In this document: piece by piece, positions 20,155 to 28,229 of the stretch
How positions within the stretch are numbered: position 1 is the stretch's first letter
Layout of the letters: each line of letters begins with the position of its first letter
Assembly: GCA_035530895.1 (NCBI GenBank)
Contig: DATKTW010000010.1
Coordinates: forward strand, 1-40,425
Direction: 5' to 3'
Source of the DNA: Candidatus Nanopelagicaceae bacterium
GTDB lineage: Archaea; Asgardarchaeota; Lokiarchaeia; Sigyniarchaeales; SOKP01
DNA length: 40,425 bases
Made by a program: the position numbers and the translations under genes
Notes under the pieces: generated by a model
What the model was told of the DNA's origin: nothing
The model's input: only the letters and a program-made list of their open reading frames with translations
Database searches by the model: none

Positions 20155-20316
20155 TTTGGTTCAAGATTTACAATTATTTTAATAATCTTCTTAAAGTAAG
20201 TTTGATTTTAAGTTTTTTTTATCCGAGAATCTAATAGCATTATCAAATATAATCAGTAGTCTTTTAAGAATCCATAATTTTATAAAATCAATAATAAGAA
20301 GACTCTCGTGAATATT

Positions 20317-20481
20317 ATGTCGGAATGGAAAAACAGAGTTAAAAAGCCAGTTTCAGACGAGTATTACTGTACGGGCTGAAATATTGTTGATGGATTTATA
20401 CAAATAATCAATTCATTAAAAAAAAAACGGAAAGTAAAAAGAGCAATAAAAATACAAATTAAAACAAATCTCGTAGATTAA
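20317..20481 (+). CDS. small ORF with in-frame TGA at codon 21 (candidate selenoprotein, CxxU): MSEWKNRVKKPVSDEYYCTG-U-NIVDGFIQIINSLKKKRKVKRAIKIQIKTNLVD
   Basis: ATG 20317, TGA 20377-20379, frame open to TAA 20479-20481; TATA-like TTTATAAA about 30 nt upstream; collinear with the ORF at 20692. Confidence 0.55.
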
Positions 20482-20529
20482 ATCAAAAATTTTAGGATTT
20501 TATCTAAAGTTCCGCAAGAACTCGAGATT
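20467..20529 (+). ncRNA. structured three-way-junction RNA element, copy 1
   Basis: P1 AATCTCG/CGAGATT; P2 TAGAT-T-AAATC/GATTT-T-ATCTA; P3 AGTTC-CGCAA-GAACT; covaries with copy 2. Confidence 0.7.
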
Positions 20530-20691
20530 CTACCAAAATTTAAAACAAAAGAACTCAAAGAAATTTTTATCAATAAATGAATTGGTTTTTCGAACAACAA
20601 TAGCCTTCTAGAACCTTATTTTTTATAAAACACACCCTTAATAGGCTTACTTTTTCTATAATATATACTATTGGAATAGTGATGAAAACTT

Positions 20692-20826
20692 ATGTCTGAA
20701 GAAGAAAACGAATTTGATTTCGGTTTTGATGATAATTGTTATTCAACCAGTTGATCGTTAATCAATATGTGGTACTTAAGAGCCTTAAAATCGCGTAACA
20801 ATGAAGAAAATAAAAAAACCCCTTAA
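20692..20826 (+). CDS. small ORF with in-frame TGA at codon 21 (candidate selenoprotein): MSEEENEFDFGFDDNCYSTS-U-SLINMWYLRALKSRNNEENKKTP
   Basis: ATG 20692, TGA 20752-20754, frame open to TAA 20824-20826; TATA-like TATAATATATA about 30 nt upstream; shares MSE, N6, D14, Y17, T19 and TGA21 with the 20317 ORF. Confidence 0.55.
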
Positions 20827-20843
20827 AAATTAAACAAAAATAA

Positions 20844-20908
20844 ATCTCGATGGTTAAGTCGTTAAATGGTAGGATTTGATTAATAAGGTCCTCGCAAGGA
20901 CTTGAGAT
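20844..20908 (+). ncRNA. structured three-way-junction RNA element, copy 2
   Basis: P1 ATCTCG/TGAGAT; P2 TGGTTAAGTC/GATTTGATTA; P3 GGTCC-TCGCAA-GGACT; six G.U pairs indicate the + strand. Confidence 0.7.
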
Positions 20909-21056
20909 AAAACAACTTTTTCTTCTGAATTAACTCATTAGACATACAAGAATTTTCGTTATTTAATTTTTATCGATATTATTATTCTTGATAAAAAAAT
21001 GATAGAAGGAGAAATCGAGGTTTACTTTCAACAATGATTTTTTATTTAAATAGACA

Positions 21057-22421
21057 TTAAACCGGATTTTTGGCACCTTCTCCGACTTTCCGGTAAATAA
21101 AGCCTAATTTTTCAACAGTTTTCTTATCGAATATGTTTCTTCCGTCAATAATAATTGGAGTATTTACTCTTTTTTTAAGGTCATCCAAATCTATATCGTA
21201 ATATACAGAATGATTCGTAGTGAAAAGTAAGACATCTGCATTATCAACAGCTTTATTAAAATCGCTTGTAAGTTCAGTAAGATTATAATCTCGCTCTTTT
21301 ACATAAGGATCATGAGCTAAATAGACGATATTGTGTGAATGATATCGTGTTTTTAGGATTTTTACAATATTTTCAGTTGGGGTATTTCGGGTATCGTCAG
21401 TATTTGCCTTGTAAGAAACACCTAAAAGAGTGATTTTAATATTGTCTACTAACCGATGCGAGTCTCTAAATACATTTTCCATCAACTCGATCAAATGATA
21501 TGGCATGAAATCGTTTAGTTTTCTTGAATGAGGAATTATTTTCATTTTCGATTCGTTAATTCTTTCAGTGTATTTGTTAAAACCGTAGAGTAAAAGCCAA
21601 GGATCCTTCGTGAGACAATGACCTCCTACTCCTGAACCGGGATAATGCATCATTCTGTCATGACGGTTATTGATTAAAGGGATAATTTCGAATATATTTC
21701 TATTAAAATCTTCACATAATAAAGCCATCTCATTTGCAAATGCGATATTCACGTCTCTATATGCATTTTCAATGCATTTTGTTAGTTCTGCTGTAAGCGT
21801 ATCAGTTATTTGTAGTTCTTTTTTAACGACCTTCCCGTATAAAAATTTAGCTTTTTCATTGGCTTGTTCGCATCCACCTCCTATTACGCGAGGAAAATCC
21901 GTAATATATTCAATTAATTTTCCTGGCATAACTCTCTCAAACGAAAACACTAAATAAAAATCAAAACCTCTTTTTAGTCCACTTTTTTCCTCCAATATAG
22001 ATTGAACAATGTTGTCTGTTGTTCCAGGGGCAACCGTAGATTCAATTATTATTGTTGCTCCCTTTTTTATATGCGTAGCAATTTTTTTGGATACTTCCTT
22101 TAAAGACGCATATCTTGGAATTTTTTCGTCATCAACGGGAGTTTGAACATCGATCAAAATGAAATCAGCTTCGCTTACATCATCGTAGCTATCTGTAACT
22201 TTAAATTTTCCTGTTTTTACTACTCTCTCGATTAGTTCATCTAAACCTGGTTCTACTCCCTCGTAAGGATTCTTACCGTTATTAAGCCAATCAATTTTCC
22301 ATGCTGATCTATTCGATCTCCGCTGAATTCCTGTAACATAGAAATCATCAACATCAGCTAAAATTGCTGCCATAGGAATCCCAACATATCCCATTCCAAT
22401 TACTACAATTTTTGTCGTCAT
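21057..22421 (-). CDS. wecC: nucleotide-sugar dehydrogenase (UDP-N-acetyl-D-mannosamine dehydrogenase-like)
   Basis: GMGYVG, ESTVAPGTT, ERVMPG, K..EN.YRDVNIAFANE, GVGGHC and YK.NTDD.R motifs. Confidence 0.85.
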   Translation of the reverse strand: MTTKIVVIGMGYVGIPMAAILADVDDFYVTGIQRRSNRSAWKIDWLNNGKNPYEGVEPGLDELIERVVKTGKFKVTDSYDDVSEADFILIDVQTPVDDEKIPRYASLKEVSKKIATHIKKGATIIIESTVAPGTTDNIVQSILEEKSGLKRGFDFYLVFSFERVMPGKLIEYITDFPRVIGGGCEQANEKAKFLYGKVVKKELQITDTLTAELTKCIENAYRDVNIAFANEMALLCEDFNRNIFEIIPLINNRHDRMMHYPGSGVGGHCLTKDPWLLLYGFNKYTERINESKMKIIPHSRKLNDFMPYHLIELMENVFRDSHRLVDNIKITLLGVSYKANTDDTRNTPTENIVKILKTRYHSHNIVYLAHDPYVKERDYNLTELTSDFNKAVDNADVLLFTTNHSVYYDIDLDDLKKRVNTPIIIDGRNIFDKKTVEKLGFIYRKVGEGAKNPV

Positions 22422-22545
22422 TTTCTTAAAGTAAAATTGAGTACTATTTTTGAGTTATTATTGGTTTGAATAAATCAAAGCTAAATAAATTATAGATCAA
22501 AAAAGTAAAAAAAAAGATAAAAAGTTAATTATTTGTTTTTTACAA

Positions 22546-23217
22546 TTACTTCGGTTTCTTCTGATAGGAACTACCTTTTACGGATTTAAAAATTACCGCT
22601 ATTATTGCACCCGCAACAAAACCACCTACATGGGCAAAATGAGCTGTTCCAGTTAACTCAAAAGAGAAAAATGCGTAAATCAATTCCGTAATAAAGTAGG
22701 TAATTATAAAGTAACTTGCAGTCACTTTGCGCATGTAAGTTCCGGTAGGGAGATAAAACTTATTATTGGGATAGAGTATCACATATACTGCCATAAGGCC
22801 AAAAATCGCTCCGGACGCTCCAAGTGAAGGGATATATTGTGCTATTGTTGCCCCCCAGAAAGGAATGAAGACCGTACTCCAAGCGTGAAGCATTGTCGCG
22901 AAAATACCGGAAGCGAAATATGTTATTAAATATAGAAGATGTCCCATTGCGTGTTCGCAATTATCCGTAATAACCAGAAAAAACCACATATTCATAATGA
23001 TGTGAACGAAATCTCCATGCATAAACATAGAAGTGAAAATAGTCCATAATTTCACTCCTGCAAAGAACTCTGCAGGGACAAAAGCTGCTTCAATATGCAT
23101 TTGACCAGAGGGATCCATCAATTGCCAAACGAAGAAACCTATATTCGCTATTAAAATTAAAACCGAAAAGTATTGCTTAAAAAAAGAAATTTTGTCGTCA
23201 GTTGCTTCTAATACCAT
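22546..23217 (-). CDS. rhomboid family intramembrane serine protease
   Basis: TSMFMHG..H..MNM, catalytic GASG and AHVGG. Confidence 0.95.
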   Translation of the reverse strand: MVLEATDDKISFFKQYFSVLILIANIGFFVWQLMDPSGQMHIEAAFVPAEFFAGVKLWTIFTSMFMHGDFVHIIMNMWFFLVITDNCEHAMGHLLYLITYFASGIFATMLHAWSTVFIPFWGATIAQYIPSLGASGAIFGLMAVYVILYPNNKFYLPTGTYMRKVTASYFIITYFITELIYAFFSFELTGTAHFAHVGGFVAGAIIAVIFKSVKGSSYQKKPK

Positions 23218-23373
23218 TTTAAAACATCGATTACGTATAATTTGATTAATACTTAAATAAATATATTGATTTAGAGAGTTATTTAAGATTAATCTAAATA
23301 ATTAATAAATAATTAGTAAAACTTTATCCAAGGAAATTAAAAATTAAAATACTAATTAATGCTTATTTAAACT

Positions 23374-24558
23374 ATGAAATTAGGTAAATCAAGTTTAAAT
23401 GACATAGCAAAGATACAACCAGATTCCGTGAAAAGAAGAAGAATTTCAAGTTATGATGTTTCTGGTGGCAACCATGATTGGATTGATATCGAACCAGGGG
23501 AAAAAGTTGTAATAGGCGAAGTGAATGATCCAGGTTGCATTACTCATATTTGGTGCACGATTTTATGCAAGTCACGCTATTATTTAAGGAACATCATACT
23601 TAGAATGTATTGGGATGACGAACAAGAGGATTTTCCTAGTGTAGAAGCCCCTATAGGAGATTTTTTCGGATTAGGTCATGCTAAACATAAAAATTATGTT
23701 TCTTTACCGCTCCAAATGAGTCCCCAGTGGGGCAAAGGATTTAATTGTTGGTGGCCGATGCCTTTTTCAAAAGGATTCAAAATTTCAGTAGAAAACGATA
23801 ATTCAAAACCCATGAGGTTTTTTTACTATATCGATTACGAAATTTATCAAGAGGGATTTGAAAACGAAAAAGATTATGGGCGTTTTCACGCACTCTGGCA
23901 TCGAGAAAATCCAACAATACCAAAAAAGAAAGATAGCAACACGGGCAAGAGATTTACTAAAACCAAACCTAAAAACTATTGCTATGAAGGATGTAACATC
24001 GAAGACCCTCAATCTCAGAATTACAAAATTCTCGAAGCCCGAGGAAAAGGTCATTTTGTAGGATGTCATTTAGATATTGATAACATAACATTTCTCCCGT
24101 GGTATGTAAATTGGCCAGGTGAAGGCGATGATATGATATATATCGATGAGGATATAGACAGAAAAATTCCCACCTTACACGGAACTGGAACCGAAGATTA
24201 CGTAAACCAGTCTTGGGCGCCATTTCAGAAATATCACGCTCCTTATCACGGTACCATCAAAGCGGGGGGAATAAATTGGTGGGGAAAAATTTCTTATTAT
24301 AGATACCACATAGAGGATCCTATCTATTTCAACAAAAAAATTCTTGTAACCATTGAACATGGACATGATAATCATCGTAAAGATGATTGGTCATCCACTG
24401 CTTACTGGTATCAGATAGAACCACACGATCAAACTTTATTTCCAAACTTATTAGATAAAAAAGGAAGAAAACCACGCTTTCACTATGCACATATGGCTAG
24501 AAAAACATTTTGCATTGTCTTAATACTTACTATTGCATACTTTTGGATTTTTCTTTAG
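23374..24558 (+). CDS. DUF2961 / GH172 family protein with C-terminal hydrophobic tail
   Basis: PG.ITHIW, VEAPIGDFFG, WPMPF, YYIDYE, WPGEGDD, GTGTEDY, YRYHIEDPI, EHGH motifs. Confidence 0.9.
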   Translation: MKLGKSSLNDIAKIQPDSVKRRRISSYDVSGGNHDWIDIEPGEKVVIGEVNDPGCITHIWCTILCKSRYYLRNIILRMYWDDEQEDFPSVEAPIGDFFGLGHAKHKNYVSLPLQMSPQWGKGFNCWWPMPFSKGFKISVENDNSKPMRFFYYIDYEIYQEGFENEKDYGRFHALWHRENPTIPKKKDSNTGKRFTKTKPKNYCYEGCNIEDPQSQNYKILEARGKGHFVGCHLDIDNITFLPWYVNWPGEGDDMIYIDEDIDRKIPTLHGTGTEDYVNQSWAPFQKYHAPYHGTIKAGGINWWGKISYYRYHIEDPIYFNKKILVTIEHGHDNHRKDDWSSTAYWYQIEPHDQTLFPNLLDKKGRKPRFHYAHMARKTFCIVLILTIAYFWIFL

Positions 24559-24642
24559 TTTTTTGACTTGAATGTTTAAAAAAGAGGCTGAAAAAACCAA
24601 CAAGTGAAAATTATAAGATATAATAATTTTTAACTAATATCT

Positions 24643-25650
24643 ATGTCAGAAGTTACTTTAATTAACGCAGTTGTTGGAATAATTCTTGCTTTAATCACTA
24701 CTTTTTGTTTCAATATTGGGATAGTTTACCAGAAGAGAGGTCTGAAAGAAGCTGCATTAAAGGGTATTGAGATAAAAACTGAAGAAGGTTTCATCAACGT
24801 TGTAAAAACTTTTATAAAATTGTTTAAAATTAGATACTGGTTTATTGGTGCGATTTTAGGAATCGCAGGTTGGTTTCCATATATAATATCTATCGGTCTG
24901 GTTGGTGTTCTAGTTACAGAACCGGTAATGGCTACAGGTTTTATATTTTTTGTATTTGCAGCTATGAAAATATTAAACGAAAGGGTTGGTATTATCGAGT
25001 ACATTGCAATAGGGATATTAACGGTTTCACCAATACTCATTGGAATTGCAGGGATATCTGATGTAGAATTAGATCTAATCGAGTTTGTACCTTCACTTGT
25101 TATATTTTTAACAGTCTCGCTTTCCCTCAGCATTATATCTTTGACAATCGCAAGGAAAAAAAGAGGCAAGAGCTCTGAAGGCCTTTTTATAATGTTTGGA
25201 GGCGCTATCCTTTTCGCTCTTGGAGGGTCTGCTACAAACATATTAGCACAAGCGTTAATTCAGACCGGCGAAGGTTTTCAATGGTATACTTTATTCCAAT
25301 TACCTTTTGGCATTTTCTGGTTTATTTTTGCAGGAAATTACATTGTTTTATGGGTATTTTTAGGATTTTGGATGATGGCTATTTTTAACCTCAGTAGTCT
25401 TCCGTATTATCAAGGTGGATTCCAAAAAGGGAAAATTCTTATAATGTATCCAATATTAGATTCAATTGCTCTACTCTTTCCGATTTTTGCCGGTATTTTC
25501 GTATTCAAGCAAACCTTTGCGAATTTTCCGTTATTCTTTATCGCTTTACTCCTTACTGTTTTTGCTACAATTGTTCTAAGTAAGTATCAGGTAGCAGTTG
25601 AAGAAATGGGTACTGTTCGTAACCCAACTAACGAAAATGTAGATAGTTAA
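24643..25650 (+). CDS. DMT-superfamily (NIPA-like) membrane transporter
   Basis: About 9 TMs; FNIG..YQK, W..G, LNER.G..E pattern. Confidence 0.65.
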   Translation: MSEVTLINAVVGIILALITTFCFNIGIVYQKRGLKEAALKGIEIKTEEGFINVVKTFIKLFKIRYWFIGAILGIAGWFPYIISIGLVGVLVTEPVMATGFIFFVFAAMKILNERVGIIEYIAIGILTVSPILIGIAGISDVELDLIEFVPSLVIFLTVSLSLSIISLTIARKKRGKSSEGLFIMFGGAILFALGGSATNILAQALIQTGEGFQWYTLFQLPFGIFWFIFAGNYIVLWVFLGFWMMAIFNLSSLPYYQGGFQKGKILIMYPILDSIALLFPIFAGIFVFKQTFANFPLFFIALLLTVFATIVLSKYQVAVEEMGTVRNPTNENVDS

Positions 25651-25795
25651 TCAGATATCTCCATAAAATTGGGCTGAAATTACTGTTATTTTCTATTTTG
25701 AAATGATTCTACTAAAATAAAATTGTTAAACTGCCAATTCTTTTATCCATGTAATATATCAAATAGTAATTAATCAAAAAAAATATGCAAAGAAT

Positions 25796-26380
25796 GTGAG
25801 TGACTTGAAGAAAAATAAAATAAAGCCAAGCGCATATTTATTTCCTATGCCTGTTGCGCTAATTGGAGCAAATATAGATGGAAAACCAAATTTTGAGCCA
25901 ATAGCTTATGTTGGTATCGTCGAATATAAACCACCTTTAATATCAATTGCGTCCTATGAGACTCATTATACGAATATAGGAATAAAGGAAAATGGAGCGT
26001 TTAGTGTAAATACACCTTCTGAGAATATTATAAAGGGTACTGATTATTGCGGTATAGTTTCAGGAGAAAATGTAGATAAATCAGAAGTTTTTGATGTATT
26101 CTATGGCGAACTCAAGACTGCACCAATGATAAGTCAGGCTCCACTAAATTTAGAATGCAAAGTTATTAAAACCATAAAAATCAGCGAATTTGTTGATATT
26201 GAGAAAAGCCACGAGTTGTTTATTGGAGAAATTGTGAACGCGTATGCGGATGACGAATATCTAACAGAGGGTGCTCCAGACATTTCTAAATTTAAAACCT
26301 TCACATTTTCAATGGGTCATTATTGGAAAGTAGGTGAAAAATTCGCAAAAGCATGGGAAGTTGGTAAAAATTATAGGTAA
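25796..26380 (+). CDS. flavin reductase family protein (flavoredoxin-like)
   Basis: FPMPVALIG, GKPN, FSVN.P, DYCG..SG, LEC.V, HELFIGEI. Confidence 0.9.
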   Translation: MSDLKKNKIKPSAYLFPMPVALIGANIDGKPNFEPIAYVGIVEYKPPLISIASYETHYTNIGIKENGAFSVNTPSENIIKGTDYCGIVSGENVDKSEVFDVFYGELKTAPMISQAPLNLECKVIKTIKISEFVDIEKSHELFIGEIVNAYADDEYLTEGAPDISKFKTFTFSMGHYWKVGEKFAKAWEVGKNYR

Positions 26381-26453
26381 GGCTACAAAAGAAATTAGCG
26401 AAAAACCTCTTCAATAGTTCATATTATAGTCAGTTTTAATAAAAATTAAATAA

Positions 26454-26837
26454 CTAGTTTTGCTTATTTTTGAGGATATTCTTAACATAAGCTACAATTT
26501 CATTACCAGAAATAGCTTTAACCAAGTAACCATCAGCTCCTAATTCCTTACCTTTTTGAATGTCTTCAAAAAAATTTTTCACAGAAAATAAAACTACAAG
26601 AATTTTAGGATATCGTGATTTGATTTCCGTTAGTATTTCATACCCGTTCATTCCAGGAAGCATAATATCAAGCAAAATAAGTGCTATGTCGTCATGCTTT
26701 TCTTCTACTATATTTAACGCATCGGTTCCATTATTACAAGTAATTGTTTCGTATTTCTCCAATTGCAAAAACTTTTCAGTCAAATGCGTAATATCTTCCT
26801 CATCGTCTACTATTAAAATCTTTTTGACTGCTGACAT
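26454..26837 (-). CDS. stand-alone response regulator receiver protein
   Basis: ILIVDDE, LLDIMLPGMNG, LFS, GADGYLVK. Confidence 0.93.
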   Translation of the reverse strand: MSAVKKILIVDDEEDITHLTEKFLQLEKYETITCNNGTDALNIVEEKHDDIALILLDIMLPGMNGYEILTEIKSRYPKILVVLFSVKNFFEDIQKGKELGADGYLVKAISGNEIVAYVKNILKNKQN

Positions 26838-27072
26838 TGAAACGCTAATTTCTGATAAACCTAATTTTTATTTAAAATTCTTAAAATTTAATCTTTTTTT
26901 AATAACTACCTAATATTGTTTCATTTTAGTTATTTAAAAAGTATATATGATTCGCAGGTTTTGATCCCTAGGCTCGATCAATTTTTTTATTTAAAAAGGG
27001 ATTGAATCCAATGTGATTAAGCATTTAGAGATGTTATAAAAGTCCGATAATTGAACGAATAATCAATAGAAC

Positions 27073-27453
27073 TTAATTATTTAATATTTCCTTTACGTAA
27101 GATCGAAGCTCGTTTCCTGAAAATGGTTTAGTTACATAACCATCTGCACCTAATTCCTTACCTTTTTCTATATCTTCCTTAAAGCTCTTAACTGTAAAAA
27201 GAATTACTTTAATATTTTTATAGGAATCCTTCGATCTAATGGTTCTCAGAACTTCAAATCCGCTGAGCGCTGGCATCATAACATCTAACAATATTAATAA
27301 GATTTCATCATATCTTTCTTCTAGAATCTTTAATGCTTCTTTACCGTTACTACATGTAAGGGTATTGTAATTATCAAGCTGTAAAAATTTTTGAACGAGA
27401 CTAACTATATCAGGCTCATCATCACAAATAAGAATAGAATTTTTATCTGACAT
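27073..27453 (-). CDS. stand-alone response regulator receiver protein
   Basis: ILICDDE, LLDVMMP, LFT, GADGYVTKPF. Confidence 0.95.
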   Translation of the reverse strand: MSDKNSILICDDEPDIVSLVQKFLQLDNYNTLTCSNGKEALKILEERYDEILLILLDVMMPALSGFEVLRTIRSKDSYKNIKVILFTVKSFKEDIEKGKELGADGYVTKPFSGNELRSYVKEILNN

Positions 27454-27566
27454 ATTAAATCTTAATTCCTTTTTTTAATCACTTATATTAAATTTCGTTT
27501 AAATATATCAATTTATTTAACTAATTTATATGTATACTTTTTACTATTCTTAATTAAAATTCCATT

Positions 27567-28223
27567 ATGTCCAATCACGATAGCACTCCGAAGTTCCCTG
27601 ACTCTTATCTTGGGAATAATTCCCTAGACTATGATTCATCAATATGGATGGAGAGAAATCAAAAAAAAACTACACTCCTTTGTTTACAATATTTGTATGA
27701 TGAAAGATTAGATAATCTAGAGAAACTGGATTTTTTAAAAGATGAACCTTTTTTCATTATTGATTTAGGCTGTGGAACTGGTTTTTCCACTGAGATTTTA
27801 ATAGAGAGAGGTTTTAGAGTAGTCGGAGTCGATGTCTTACACGATATGCTTTCAAAAGTAAAAATTAAGAAGAATCATATGAACAATCAAAACAATCTCG
27901 AGCTCATTTTAGCAGACATAAACTATATACCTTTAAGAAGTTCTTCAATTAATCACGCAATTTCTATCTCAGCCTACAATTTCATCACCCATAGAGCAGA
28001 GTCGATTCGAGACAAAACGAAAATTGCAAATAATACTGCAAAATATTTGTATAAATTACTAAAACCAGATGGAAGAATTATAATTGAATTTTACCCTAAA
28101 GACGATAATGAGCTGGAAATGTTTACCTCATCTTTTAAAAATAATGGGTTTAATGGGTTTGTCATCAAACAGAATCCTAATCAGAAATCAGGACAGACTT
28201 TCTTATTGCTAAAAAAGCGGTGA
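27567..28223 (+). CDS. class I SAM methyltransferase, Bud23/WBSCR22-like
   Basis: DLGCGTG motif I plus Bud23-type AISISA, FYPKDD and GF.G....P..K...L.L motifs. Confidence 0.75.
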   Translation: MSNHDSTPKFPDSYLGNNSLDYDSSIWMERNQKKTTLLCLQYLYDERLDNLEKLDFLKDEPFFIIDLGCGTGFSTEILIERGFRVVGVDVLHDMLSKVKIKKNHMNNQNNLELILADINYIPLRSSSINHAISISAYNFITHRAESIRDKTKIANNTAKYLYKLLKPDGRIIIEFYPKDDNELEMFTSSFKNNGFNGFVIKQNPNQKSGQTFLLLKKR

Positions 28224-28229
28224 TTAAAT

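Noticed and set aside
19751-20182. 143-aa + strand ORF
   Set aside because: Antisense shadow of the coiled-coil gene 19885-20154
20467-20908. Canonical eukaryote/Loki-type SECIS or hammerhead ribozyme
   Set aside because: No AUGA...GA quartet and no CUGANGA/GAAA core in either copy
24726-25241. 171-aa minus ORF and the other nested or antisense ORFs in the track
   Set aside because: Fully overlap well-supported genes and carry no motifs
26961-26988. Hairpin TTGATC-N9-GATCAA followed by T7
   Set aside because: Terminator-like on the + strand but no + strand gene ends here; a single weak hairpin is insufficient
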